From assembly GCA_045546995.1 (NCBI GenBank), contig JAZQDW010000056.1, positions 3,701 to 67,700 on the forward strand: 64,000 nt of DNA, in the 5' to 3' direction. Both the position numbers and the translations under genes were made by a program. Positions 9,388 through 18,948 of this stretch are shown here, piece by piece (within the stretch, counting starts at the first letter, position 1; every line of letters begins with the position of its first letter). Below the pieces are notes generated by a model, which did no database searches, was not told where the DNA came from, and saw only the letters and a program-made list of their open reading frames with translations. Source of the DNA: Eubacteriales bacterium. Its GTDB lineage: Bacteria > Bacillota > Clostridia > Oscillospirales > QAKW01.

Positions 9388-10466
9388 TATGCATTTTCCT
9401 CTTCAAATTTTTTCATAAATTCGATGAGAGCTTTTACGCCCTCAACGGGCATTGCGTTGTAAATGCTGGCGCGCATACCGCCAACGGAACGGTGACCCTT
9501 CAGGTTGACAAAGCCGGCGGCAGTGGCCTCGGCAATGAACTTTTTGTCCAGATCGGCATTGCCGGTAACAAAGGGGATGTTCATCAGAGAACGGCTGCCC
9601 TCAGCAACGGTGGCGCTGAACATTTTGGAGGAATCCAGATAATCGTACAGCATACCCGCCTTCAGCTCGTTGATCTTCTTCATTTCTTCCAGGCCGCCCA
9701 GAGATTCCAACCACTCCAGTACCAAACCCAGTACGTAGATGCAGTAGCAGGGAGGGGTATTGAACATAGAATCATTTTCGGCATGAGTGGTATAGCGGAA
9801 CATAGTGGGGGTGATCTCCTGTGCCTCACCGATGAGATCTTCACGAATGATCACAACGGTTAGACCGGCAGGGGCCATGTTCTTCTGCGCACCGGCATAA
9901 ATGATGCCGAACTTGGAAACGTCCACCGGCTCGCTGAGGATGCAGGAGGACATATCGGCAACCAGCGGAACGTCGCCGGTATCGGGCAACTCGGGGAACT
10001 TGGTGCCGTAGATGGTATTGTTCATACAAATGTGGAAATAATCCGCCTCTTTATCAAAGGTGGAGGCATCCAGCTCGGGAATATAGCTGAAGGTCTTATC
10101 TTCAGAAGAGCCGACCACACGGCACTCGCCGTAACGGCAGGCCTCTTTGTAAGCCTTCTTGGCCCAGGCGCCGGTGATGACAAAATCAGCCTTTTTGCTG
10201 CCGGTCAGCAGATTCAGGGGAACCATGGCAAACTGACTGGATGCGCCGCCCTGCAGGAACAGTACCTTGTAATTGTCGGGAATGTTCATGATCTTGCGCA
10301 GTTTTTCTTCGGCGGACTGGATGATCTGTCCGTACTCTTTAGATCGATGGCTCATTTCCATAACGGACTGGCCGCTGTCTTTATAGCAAAGCATATCGCT
10401 TTGTGCTCTTTTCAGAACCTCTTCCGGCAAAACGGAGGGGCCTGCGGAAAAATTGTAAACTCTCAT
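9387..10466 (-). CDS. serC: Phosphoserine aminotransferase
   Basis: MRVYNFSAGPSVLP, EMSHRS, YAGAQKN, LKGHRSVGGMRASIYNAMP. Confidence 0.97.
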   Translation of the reverse strand: MRVYNFSAGPSVLPEEVLKRAQSDMLCYKDSGQSVMEMSHRSKEYGQIIQSAEEKLRKIMNIPDNYKVLFLQGGASSQFAMVPLNLLTGSKKADFVITGAWAKKAYKEACRYGECRVVGSSEDKTFSYIPELDASTFDKEADYFHICMNNTIYGTKFPELPDTGDVPLVADMSSCILSEPVDVSKFGIIYAGAQKNMAPAGLTVVIIREDLIGEAQEITPTMFRYTTHAENDSMFNTPPCYCIYVLGLVLEWLESLGGLEEMKKINELKAGMLYDYLDSSKMFSATVAEGSRSLMNIPFVTGNADLDKKFIAEATAAGFVNLKGHRSVGGMRASIYNAMPVEGVKALIEFMKKFEEENA

Positions 10467-10500
10467 ACTCAGTTCACCTTTCTTTATAAAATATACAAAT

Positions 10501-10529
10501 ATTATAGACACATTTTTTGGGGATGTCAA
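10501..10529 (-). promoter_or_regulatory. sigmaA promoter of serC-serA
   Basis: Perfect TTGACA-N17-TATAAT on the minus strand. Confidence 0.85.
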
Positions 10530-10559
10530 TATTTTAAAATAATAAAGATCAATAAATTC

Positions 10560-10588
10560 TTGAAACCGTGCACAGGATATGATATTAT
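10560..10588 (+). promoter_or_regulatory. sigmaA promoter of the hydrogenase-associated operon
   Basis: TTGAAA-N17-TATTAT with extended TG. Confidence 0.65.
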
Positions 10589-10631
10589 AAAGATAAATAA
10601 ACGATCAATATTTTTGTAAGGAGCGTGGCCA

Positions 10632-10988
10632 GTGAAAATCCGTGATATTCAGAAAATTTTAAATGCTACGGTACATTGCGGTCAGGAACAGCTGGATCTG
10701 GAGGTTTCCTCTGCATTCGGCTCGGATATGATGAGCGACGTACTGGCTTTTGTGAAAGACCAGGGCGTGCTGTTGACCGGTCTGCTTAACCTGCAGACGG
10801 TTCGTACGGCTATGATGATGGATATGAAATGTATCGTTTTCGTACGTGGAAAATTACCCGACCAGACTACGGTCGCATTGGGTGAGCAAAATGGGCTGGT
10901 TCTGATGTCCACAAAGGAAAGAATGTATGCCGCCTGCGGTAAGCTGTATCAACACGGCCTGCGGGGAGAAAGCGACGGTGAAGCATAA
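10632..10988 (+). CDS. DRTGG domain protein
   Basis: AFGSDMMSDVLAF...LLTGLLNLQTVRTA...IVFVRGKLP. Confidence 0.85.
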   Translation: MKIRDIQKILNATVHCGQEQLDLEVSSAFGSDMMSDVLAFVKDQGVLLTGLLNLQTVRTAMMMDMKCIVFVRGKLPDQTTVALGEQNGLVLMSTKERMYAACGKLYQHGLRGESDGEA

Positions 10989-11407
10989 TGGAATCGATCA
11001 AATTCTCATATAAGGTCGACGGTGATAATTTCATTTCCGCCGGCGAGGCCTCTTCTGCCGTCAAGGCGGCGCTGAAGCAAATGGGCTTTCCTCCCGATGT
11101 GATCCGTAAGGTGGCCATTGCCATGTATGAGGCGGAGATCAATATGGTCATTCACGCGCAGGGCGGTACGGCCGACGTGGAGATCCTGCCCGATCGGATC
11201 GAAATCGTGCTGGCGGATCGAGGTCCCGGTATTCCCAATATCGAGCTTGCGATGACTGAGGGCTATTCTACCGCCCCTGATGACGTGCGTTCGTTGGGAT
11301 TTGGCGCCGGCATGGGCCTGCCGAATATCAAAAAGTATTCTGACGATCTGCAGATCGAAACGGAGATCGGTGTGGGCACCACACTTAAGATCACTATTAA
11401 CTGTTAA
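10988..11407 (+). CDS. Anti-sigma-factor-type Ser/Thr kinase (RsbT/RsbW-like GHKL ATPase)
   Basis: YEAEINMVIHA (N box), DRGPGI (G1), GFGAGMGLPN (G2), GVGT. Confidence 0.88.
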   Translation: MESIKFSYKVDGDNFISAGEASSAVKAALKQMGFPPDVIRKVAIAMYEAEINMVIHAQGGTADVEILPDRIEIVLADRGPGIPNIELAMTEGYSTAPDDVRSLGFGAGMGLPNIKKYSDDLQIETEIGVGTTLKITINC

Positions 11408-11416
11408 GGAGTGCGT

Positions 11417-12688
11417 ATGCGTAATTTTCATTCTGTTACACTTGATCAAGACAAGTGTAGGGGGTGTATCAACTGTGTTAAGCATTGCCCGACGGAGGCG
11501 ATCCGCGTTAAACAGGGGAAAGCGCACATTATTGCCGAACGGTGTATTGACTGCGGCGAATGTATCCGCATCTGTCCCCACCACGCAAAGCGGGCGGTGT
11601 ACGACCATTTGGATGCCTTGCAAAAATTTAAATATAATATTGCTATTCCCGCACCGGCATTGTACGGGCAGTTTAATAACCTGGATAACGTGGATTACAT
11701 ATTGGCCGGCTTGTTGGAACTTGGCTTTGATGACGTTTTTGAAGTGGCAAAAGCAGCAGAATTGGTCAGTGAGATCAGCAGAGAAAAGTTTAAAAATCAT
11801 ACCGGGCCCAAGCCGATTATTTCCACTGCCTGCCCTGCGGTGGTGCGCCTGATTAAGGTGCGCTTTCCAAAGCTGATCAGTCATTTGCTTGACGTCAACG
11901 CCCCGGTGGAGGTGGCGGCAAAAATCGCCAAAAAACAGGCGGTCAAGAAAACAGGCTTGTCTTCCGAAGAGATCGGCGTTTTCTTTATTTCACCTTGCCC
12001 CGCAAAGGTTACGGCGGCCAGCAATCCCATCGGAACAAAGCAGATCAGCATTGACGGTGTGTTGGCGATCAATGATATTTACAAGCCCTTACTGTCCGTA
12101 ATGAATCGCATTAAGGACGAGCCGCCTGTCTTACACAATTGCGGCCTGACCGGCATCTCCTGGGCTTATACCGGCGGTGAGGCAACGGCGTTGCTCCGCC
12201 CGAAATATTTGGCGGCCGATGCCATTCGCAACGTAATTGCTATTTTAGAGAATATTGAGGATGAAAAGCTGACCGATCTGGATTTCGTGGAGTTGAGCGC
12301 TTGCCATGCCGGCTGTGTCGGCGGTTGCCTTACCATTGAAAATCCGTTCGTTGCCATCACTCGGATCCGTCGGCTGCGTAAATATTTGCCTGTTTCCGGC
12401 ACACGCCTTGCCGATTTTGGCGAGAGCGTTGACAGCTTTGATTGGGATGTTCAGGAGACGGCTGCGCCGGTTATGCAGCTGTCCGCTGATCGTAGTAAGG
12501 CAATGGAAATGATGCTGGAGATGCAACGTATCGAGCAGTTGTTGCCTGGAATCGATTGCGCCGCCTGCGGTTCGCCGTCCTGTCATGCCTTTGCCGAGGA
12601 CGTGGCGCTTGGAAAGGCCAAAGAGGCAGATTGCGTGTTTGTAATGCGCAACAAATTGAAAAATATTATGGACAATATCACAGAATAG
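11417..12688 (+). CDS. Atypical (group-D-like, putatively sensory) [FeFe] hydrogenase with N-terminal 2x[4Fe-4S] and C-terminal FeS domain
   Basis: CRGCINCVKHCP and CIDCGECIRICP; H-domain motifs STACPAV, ISPCPAK, ELSACHAGCVGG; C-term LPGIDCAACGSPSC. Confidence 0.85.
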   Translation: MRNFHSVTLDQDKCRGCINCVKHCPTEAIRVKQGKAHIIAERCIDCGECIRICPHHAKRAVYDHLDALQKFKYNIAIPAPALYGQFNNLDNVDYILAGLLELGFDDVFEVAKAAELVSEISREKFKNHTGPKPIISTACPAVVRLIKVRFPKLISHLLDVNAPVEVAAKIAKKQAVKKTGLSSEEIGVFFISPCPAKVTAASNPIGTKQISIDGVLAINDIYKPLLSVMNRIKDEPPVLHNCGLTGISWAYTGGEATALLRPKYLAADAIRNVIAILENIEDEKLTDLDFVELSACHAGCVGGCLTIENPFVAITRIRRLRKYLPVSGTRLADFGESVDSFDWDVQETAAPVMQLSADRSKAMEMMLEMQRIEQLLPGIDCAACGSPSCHAFAEDVALGKAKEADCVFVMRNKLKNIMDNITE

Positions 12689-12698
12689 GGGAGAGAAT

Positions 12699-13025
12699 AT
12701 GACTGTTCAACAGCTTGCCGCCACGTGCGGTTTTGAGGTATTACATTTGGCGCAGGAGGATGCGGTGGTTACCGGTGCCTATGCCTGCGATCTGTTGTCC
12801 TGGGTCATCGGCCGCGCAGAGGCCGGCTCTGCGTTGATCACGGTAATGACCAACGTGAACGTTATCGCCGTTTCAGTGATGGCAGAATTGCCCTGCGTCA
12901 TTTTAACCGAGGGTGTAGTTCCTGACGCCGTTGCCCTGGAAAAGGCCAGACAGCAGGGTGTCAGCGTATTGTCCAGTAAACTGCCCAGCTATGAAACCAG
13001 CCTTGCCGTGGGGAAAGCATTGTGA
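12699..13025 (+). CDS. DRTGG domain protein
   Basis: AYACDLLSWVIG...ITVMTNVNVIAVS...VILTEG. Confidence 0.85.
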   Translation: MTVQQLAATCGFEVLHLAQEDAVVTGAYACDLLSWVIGRAEAGSALITVMTNVNVIAVSVMAELPCVILTEGVVPDAVALEKARQQGVSVLSSKLPSYETSLAVGKAL

Positions 13026-13762
13026 GGGTATACTACGATCTTCATATGCATTCCTGCCTTTCGCCCTGCGGCGATGAGGATATGACACCGAATAATATGG
13101 TCAATATGGCAATGCTGGACGGTTTGCAGGTGATTGCCATTTCCGATCATAACACTACCGGCAATGCCGAGGCTTTTTTGCAGGTGGCCCGGTCGGTGGA
13201 TTTGATCGCTTTTCCGGGTATGGAGCTGGAAACGGCGGAAGAGGTGCACGTTTTGTGTCTGTTTTCCGATCTTGCGTCGGCCCGTGCCTTTGATGCCGAG
13301 GTGGTTGCTCCTGCCTTGCCGCCCATTGCTAATCGGGTGGATATTTTCGGCCATCAGTATTTGATGAATGCCGAGGATGAAATCGTAGGGGAGGAGGAAC
13401 GTTATCTCATCAACGCCACCTCTATCACTATTGATGAATTGCCCGCGCGGATCGCACCGTATGGCGGTATCGCTATTCCCGCTCACGTTGACAAGGGAAG
13501 CAAGAGCGTTTTTTCACAGCTCGGCTTTTTGGAGGAGAGTTGGGGGTATAGCCTGCTGGAACTTTCCAAAAACGCCCCCGACGACTTTTTAGAACTGCAT
13601 CCGGAACTGCGGAATTGCACCTTTTTATATGACAGTGATGCGCATTATTTGCAGGACGTGGGGGAAGAAGGCGGCAAAAATTATTGGGAACTGGACGAGC
13701 TTTCAACTGAATCGGTATGGCAATATTTGCTTAAAGCGGCACAAAAAAACAATATAAAATAA
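13022..13762 (+). CDS. PHP domain phosphoesterase
   Basis: DLHMHSCLSPC, ISDHN, GMELETAEEVH, PAHVDK, DSDAH. Confidence 0.92.
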   Translation: MRVYYDLHMHSCLSPCGDEDMTPNNMVNMAMLDGLQVIAISDHNTTGNAEAFLQVARSVDLIAFPGMELETAEEVHVLCLFSDLASARAFDAEVVAPALPPIANRVDIFGHQYLMNAEDEIVGEEERYLINATSITIDELPARIAPYGGIAIPAHVDKGSKSVFSQLGFLEESWGYSLLELSKNAPDDFLELHPELRNCTFLYDSDAHYLQDVGEEGGKNYWELDELSTESVWQYLLKAAQKNNIK

Positions 13763-13905
13763 TATTTTTAAAAATTTTGTGTAATTTTGAGAAAAATGGT
13801 GGAAATTTGCCGCTTACTATGTTATATTAAATGTTGGTATTATTTATATCCGTAAGAAGGACTGTACTGCCTTCTTATGCGATTATTTTTATAGGAGGAC
13901 ATATT

Positions 13906-14400
13906 ATGAGTACAAGATGCACCATTCCTTTTAAAGGGACTAAGGAGCAGGAAGAGCGTCTGATGGCTGTTATTGCTGAACATAAAGAGCAGCAAGGCAA
14001 TCTGATGCCCATTCTGCAGGGCGCGCAGGAGATCTATGGTTATCTTCCCTATGAAGTTATGACCATTATTTCCGAACAACTGAACATTTCCATGGCACAC
14101 ATTTACGGCGTTGCCACGTTCTATGCTCAGTTTTCTTTGGTGCCCAAGGGCGAGTACAAGATCGGTGTTTGCCTGGGTACGGCCTGCTACGTTAAGGGCT
14201 CCGGCGACCTGATCGATAAGGTGAAGGAAGTTCTGAATTTGGAAGTTGGCGGTTGCACCCCCGACGGTAAGTTTTCTTTGGAGGCTACCCGTTGCATCGG
14301 TGCCTGCGGTCTGGCTCCCGTATTGACAATCAATGATGACGTATACGGCCGCCTGACGGTGGATCAGATCCCCGGTATTTTGGCAAAATATATGGACTAA
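13906..14400 (+). CDS. Bifurcating hydrogenase NuoE-like [2Fe-2S] subunit (HndA/HydC)
   Basis: YGVATFYAQF, VCLGTACYVKG, TRCIGACGLAP; ATG 13906 after AGGAGG. Confidence 0.93.
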   Translation: MSTRCTIPFKGTKEQEERLMAVIAEHKEQQGNLMPILQGAQEIYGYLPYEVMTIISEQLNISMAHIYGVATFYAQFSLVPKGEYKIGVCLGTACYVKGSGDLIDKVKEVLNLEVGGCTPDGKFSLEATRCIGACGLAPVLTINDDVYGRLTVDQIPGILAKYMD

Positions 14401-14406
14401 CGTCCT

Positions 14407-14961
14407 ATGAAAGAAATTTCACTCAATATTTTGGATGTGGTCAGCAATTCCGTTAAGGCAAAAGCTGAACGCATTGACATTCTCCTTACCGAAAGTATGG
14501 CGCGCAACGTTTTGGAGTTGGCCATCATCGATAACGGTTGCGGTATGTCGCCGGATTTTTTGTCGGGCGTCACCGATCCGTTTACCACTACCCGCACCAC
14601 CCGTAAGGTTGGACTGGGCTTGCCGCTGCTCAAAATGGCGGCTCTGGGATGTGACGGCACCTTTGATATCACCTCGCAGATCGGAATCGGAACGACGGTT
14701 AAGGCCACCTTCCGATTGGACCATCTGGACCGTATGCCGCTTGGCAATATGGCGGAAACGATGGTTACACTGATCAGTATGTGTGATTCGATCCGGTATG
14801 TGTATACGCACAAAACGGATGAGGGCGAATTCGTTTTCGACAGTAAAGAGATTGCAGATACCCTGGGGAGTGAGATCCCGTTGTCCACACCGGAGATCCT
14901 GGCGTGGATATCCGATTATATTAAAGAAAATTTAGAAAATATTAAGGGAGGCAATATATAA
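14407..14961 (+). CDS. Stand-alone histidine-kinase-like ATPase (HATPase_c)
   Basis: LDVVSNSVKA, DNGCGM, DPFTTTRTTRKVGLGL, GIGT; no obvious HisKA or sensor domain. Confidence 0.85.
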   Translation: MKEISLNILDVVSNSVKAKAERIDILLTESMARNVLELAIIDNGCGMSPDFLSGVTDPFTTTRTTRKVGLGLPLLKMAALGCDGTFDITSQIGIGTTVKATFRLDHLDRMPLGNMAETMVTLISMCDSIRYVYTHKTDEGEFVFDSKEIADTLGSEIPLSTPEILAWISDYIKENLENIKGGNI

Positions 14962-15338
14962 TGAAAAGCTTAGCAGAATTGCAGGCGATCAAGGCTAAAA
15001 TGGCCAACAAGGTCGTTTTGCGTGAATATGACGAAAGTTCCGCTGTCCGTGTGGTTGTCGGTATGGCAACCTGTGGTATTGCTGCCGGTGCTCGTCCCGT
15101 ACTGAACAAATTCCTGGAAGAGGTTCAGGCCAAAAATCTGAGCAATGTTATGGTCACCCAGACCGGTTGTATCGGCATCTGCCGTTACGAGCCTGTGGTA
15201 GAGGTCGTTGAGGGTAGCAAAAAGACTACATATATTAAGATGACCCCTGAGAAGGTAGCCAAAATTGTTCACGAGCATCTTGTTAACAACAAGGTAGTTG
15301 AAGAATACACCATCGGCGCAGCCGAAGACGCGAAATAA
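14961..15338 (+). CDS. Thioredoxin-like [2Fe-2S] ferredoxin subunit (HndB/HydD)
   Basis: VVVGMATCGIAAGA, QTGCIGICRYEP. Confidence 0.9.
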   Translation: MKSLAELQAIKAKMANKVVLREYDESSAVRVVVGMATCGIAAGARPVLNKFLEEVQAKNLSNVMVTQTGCIGICRYEPVVEVVEGSKKTTYIKMTPEKVAKIVHEHLVNNKVVEEYTIGAAEDAK

Positions 15339-15350
15339 GGAGGAATAGAC

Positions 15351-17141
15351 ATGGTAAGAAGCCATATTCTTGTATGTGAAGGTACCGGTTGTACCTCTTC
15401 CAACGCGCCGGCGATTGTTAAAGCGCTGAATGACGAGTTGGCAGCAAACAACCTGCAGGACGAAGTAAAGGTCGTTACCACCGGTTGCTTCGGTCTGTGC
15501 GCATTGGGTCCGATCATGATCGTTTATCCCGAAGGCGCATTTTACAGCCGTATGACCCCCGAACGTATTCCGGAGATCGTAAGCGAGCATATTATTAAAG
15601 GTAGAATCGTTAAGAAATACCTGTATGAAGAGACGGTTGATTCCGAAAGCGGTGCAACCAAGTCTTTGAACGAAACCAATTTCTACGCCAAACAGGAGCG
15701 TGTTGCACTTCGCAACTGCGGTGTTATTAACCCCGAGGATATCGAAGAGTATATCGCCGTTGACGGTTATGCCGCATTGGGTAAGGTTTTGACCGAGTGG
15801 AAACCCGAGGACGTTATCAAATGCATCAGTGATTCCGGTCTGAAAGGCCGCGGCGGCGCCGGTTTCCCCACGGGCCTGAAATGGTCCTTGGCCGCCAGAA
15901 CTGTTGCTGACGTAAAATACGTTTGCTGTAACGCTGACGAAGGTGACCCCGGTGCCTTTATGGACCGTTCCGTTTTGGAAGGTGACCCCCACGCCGTATT
16001 GGAAGCTATGGCCATTGCCGCTTATGCAGTGGGCGCCTGCCGTGGTTTCATTTACGTTCGTGCTGAGTATCCCATTGCGATCCATCGTCTGCAGATCGCC
16101 ATCGATCAGGCCAGAGAATACGGTCTGTTGGGTGAGGGCATCTTCGGTACCGACTTTAATTTTGATATCGAGCTGCGTTTGGGCGCAGGTGCTTTTGTTT
16201 GCGGTGAGGAAACTGCACTGATGACCTCCATCGGCGGTAACCGCGGTGAGCCTCGTCCCCGTCCTCCTTTCCCCTCCGAGAAAGGTATTTTCGATATCCC
16301 CACTATGAACAACAACGTTGAGACCTATGCCAACATTCCTCAGATCATTCTGAAGGGTGCAGATTGGTTTGCCTCCATGGGTACTGAAAACTCCAAGGGC
16401 ACCAAGGTATTTGCTCTCGGCGGTAAGATCAAAAACACCGGTCTGGTTGAGATTCCCATGGGTACCACCCTGCGTGAGATCGTTGAGGACATTGGTGGTG
16501 GTGTTCCGGACGGTAAGGCCTTTAAGGCAGCCCAGATGGGTGGTCCCTCCGGCGGTTGTATTCCTGCCTCTTTGATCGACACGAAGGTTGATTATGAATC
16601 TCTGGCTGCTGTTGGCGCTATGGTTGGTTCCGGCGGTCTGATCGTTATGGATGAAGACAACTGTATGGTTGACATCGCCAAATTCTTCCTGGAGTTTACG
16701 GTTGATGAATCCTGCGGTAAATGTACCCCCTGCCGTATCGGCACCAAGAGACTGCTTGAGTATCTCAACAAGATCACCGATGGTAAGGCTACCATGCAGG
16801 ATCTGGAAGATATGGAAGCTCTGTGCTATCATATCAAGGCCAACTCCTTGTGCGGTCTGGGCCAAACGGCTCCCAACCCCGTTCTTTCCACTTTGAGATA
16901 TTTCCGCGATGAGTACATTGCTCATATCGAAGAGAAGCGTTGTCCCGCCGGCGTTTGTAAGAAACTGGTTCAGTACGTCATCACTGATAAGTGTATCGGT
17001 TGTACCAAGTGTGCACGTAACTGCCCTGTAAATGCAATCAACGGTACCGTCAAGCAGCCTCACGTGATCGATCAGAGCAAGTGTATCAAGTGCGGTGCCT
17101 GCGTTGACGGCTGTAAGTTCGGCGCTATTATTAAAAAGTAA
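15351..17141 (+). CDS. Bifurcating hydrogenase NuoF-like FMN/NAD subunit (HndC/HydB)
   Basis: GRGGAGFPTG, NADEGDPGAFMDR, AFVCGEETAL, PPFP, GGPSGGC, ESCGKCTPCR, C-terminal 2x[4Fe-4S]. Confidence 0.95.
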   Translation: MVRSHILVCEGTGCTSSNAPAIVKALNDELAANNLQDEVKVVTTGCFGLCALGPIMIVYPEGAFYSRMTPERIPEIVSEHIIKGRIVKKYLYEETVDSESGATKSLNETNFYAKQERVALRNCGVINPEDIEEYIAVDGYAALGKVLTEWKPEDVIKCISDSGLKGRGGAGFPTGLKWSLAARTVADVKYVCCNADEGDPGAFMDRSVLEGDPHAVLEAMAIAAYAVGACRGFIYVRAEYPIAIHRLQIAIDQAREYGLLGEGIFGTDFNFDIELRLGAGAFVCGEETALMTSIGGNRGEPRPRPPFPSEKGIFDIPTMNNNVETYANIPQIILKGADWFASMGTENSKGTKVFALGGKIKNTGLVEIPMGTTLREIVEDIGGGVPDGKAFKAAQMGGPSGGCIPASLIDTKVDYESLAAVGAMVGSGGLIVMDEDNCMVDIAKFFLEFTVDESCGKCTPCRIGTKRLLEYLNKITDGKATMQDLEDMEALCYHIKANSLCGLGQTAPNPVLSTLRYFRDEYIAHIEEKRCPAGVCKKLVQYVITDKCIGCTKCARNCPVNAINGTVKQPHVIDQSKCIKCGACVDGCKFGAIIKK

Positions 17142-17158
17142 GAAAGGAACTGAAAATC

Positions 17159-18904
17159 ATGAGTGTAAATCTTAAGATCAACGGAATTGATGTTACGGTT
17201 CCCAAGGGCACGACCATTTTGGAAGCTGCCAGAACCATCGGCGTCGAAATTCCCACCCTTTGTTATATGAAAGAGATCAATGCGATCGGCGCCTGCCGTA
17301 TCTGTATGGTCGAAGTTAAAGGTGCCAAGGGCCCCGTGGCCGCTTGTGTTTATCCTGTAAACGAAGGTATGGAGGTATTTACCAATACTCCCGCCATCAT
17401 TCAGTCCAGAAAAACAACGCTGGAACTGATCCTCTCCAATCATAACAGAAAGTGCTTGTCTTGCGTGCGCAGTGAAAACTGCGAACTGCAAAAGTTGTGT
17501 AAGGAATTCGGTGTTGACGACTGCGGTCGTTTCGATGGCGATAAGACTCCTTCCACCATTGATGACAGCGCGGCTCATATGATCAGAGATAACAGCAAGT
17601 GTGTTCTGTGCCGCCGCTGTGTTGCTGTTTGTAAGCACAACCAGGGCGTAGACGTGATCGGCGCTGTTGAAAGAGGCTTTGCCACCAGCATCAATTGCGC
17701 TTTTGAGGACAACCTGGCTGACAGCCCCTGTATCTCTTGCGGTCAGTGTATCGTTAACTGTCCCACCGGCGCTCTGTCTGAGAAAGACGACACCGCTAAG
17801 GTTTGGGATGCTCTGAAGGATCCCGAAAAGACCGTCATCGTTCAGTTTGCTCCTGCCGTTCGCGCCGCCATCGGCGAAGAATTTGGTATGCCTATCGGCA
17901 CCAATGCAGAAGGTAAAATGATCACTGCGCTGAAGATGTTGGGCTTTGATAAGGTATTTGATACCAACTTCTCTGCAGACCTTACCATTATGGAAGAAGG
18001 AACCGAGTTTATCGATCGTGTTCAGAACGGCGGCAAACTGCCTCTGATTACTTCCTGTTCTCCCGGCTGGATCAAGTTCTGTGAGTATTATTATCCTGAG
18101 TTCATTGAGAATCTCTCCTCTTGTAAATCTCCTCAGCAGATGTTCGGTGCCGTAACCAAGACCTGGTATGCGGAAAAGAACGGTCTGGATCCCAAGAATA
18201 TCGTTTGTGTCAGCGTAATGCCTTGCGTTGCCAAAAAGTTTGAGTTGGATAGAGACGATCAGGCTGCTGCCGGTGTTCCGGATGTTGATATTTCCATCAC
18301 CACCAGAGAACTGGCCAGAATGATCAAAGCTGCTTGTATCCATATGGAAAATTTGCCCGATACTCCCGCAGACAATCCGTTGGGCGAGTACACCGGCGCC
18401 GGCGTTATCTTTGGCGCTACCGGCGGTGTTATGGAAGCGGCTCTGCGTACCGCTGTTGAGATTCTCACCGGCGAGGAAGCTCCTTCTTTGGATTTTGTGG
18501 ACGTTCGCGGTCTGGAAGGCATCAAGGAAGCTACCTACAATGTCAACGGTATGGATATCAACGTTTGCGTATGTTCCGGTACTGCCAATGCCGCCAAGGT
18601 TTTGGAGGCTGTTAAGAGCGGCGAGAAGAACTATCACTTTATCGAGGTAATGGGTTGCCCCGGCGGCTGTGTCAACGGTGGCGGTCAGCCCATCCAACCT
18701 GCCAGCGTTACCAACTTTACCAACGTGCCCGCCCTGCGTGCCAAGGTATTGTATGATATTGATGCTGCTGCTCCCCGCAGAAAGAGTCACGAGAATCCTG
18801 CTGTCAAGGCCGTATACGAAGAGTATTTTGAAAAGCCCGGCAGCCATAAGGCACATAAGGCTTTGCATACATCCTATGTTGCCCGTAGCAAATACTCCAA
18901 ATAA
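17159..18904 (+). CDS. hydA: Group A3 [FeFe] hydrogenase catalytic subunit (HndD/HydA)
   Basis: N-term [2Fe-2S] + His-ligated + 2x[4Fe-4S]; H-cluster motifs TSCSPGW, MPCVAKKFE, EVMGCPGGCVNGGGQP; small-subunit tail RKSHENP. Confidence 0.95.
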   Translation: MSVNLKINGIDVTVPKGTTILEAARTIGVEIPTLCYMKEINAIGACRICMVEVKGAKGPVAACVYPVNEGMEVFTNTPAIIQSRKTTLELILSNHNRKCLSCVRSENCELQKLCKEFGVDDCGRFDGDKTPSTIDDSAAHMIRDNSKCVLCRRCVAVCKHNQGVDVIGAVERGFATSINCAFEDNLADSPCISCGQCIVNCPTGALSEKDDTAKVWDALKDPEKTVIVQFAPAVRAAIGEEFGMPIGTNAEGKMITALKMLGFDKVFDTNFSADLTIMEEGTEFIDRVQNGGKLPLITSCSPGWIKFCEYYYPEFIENLSSCKSPQQMFGAVTKTWYAEKNGLDPKNIVCVSVMPCVAKKFELDRDDQAAAGVPDVDISITTRELARMIKAACIHMENLPDTPADNPLGEYTGAGVIFGATGGVMEAALRTAVEILTGEEAPSLDFVDVRGLEGIKEATYNVNGMDINVCVCSGTANAAKVLEAVKSGEKNYHFIEVMGCPGGCVNGGGQPIQPASVTNFTNVPALRAKVLYDIDAAAPRRKSHENPAVKAVYEEYFEKPGSHKAHKALHTSYVARSKYSK

Positions 18905-18910
18905 GCAAAC

Positions 18911-18948
18911 CAAAAAGGTGCTTATCCTAAGGGATAAGCACCTTTTTT
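18911..18948 (+). terminator. Intrinsic terminator of the hydrogenase operon
   Basis: AAAAAGGTGCTTATCC-taag-GGATAAGCACCTTTTTT. Confidence 0.88.

Noticed and set aside
13777..13794. Possible Rex box TTGTGTAATTTTGAGAAA upstream of the hnd genes
   Set aside because: The right half-site matches TTCACAA/TTAACAA too poorly
14970..18913. Antisense ORFs of 697 and 613 aa opposite hydB/hydA (likewise 811-2439 and 8233-9372)
   Set aside because: Same shadow-ORF effect; they fully overlap well-supported genes
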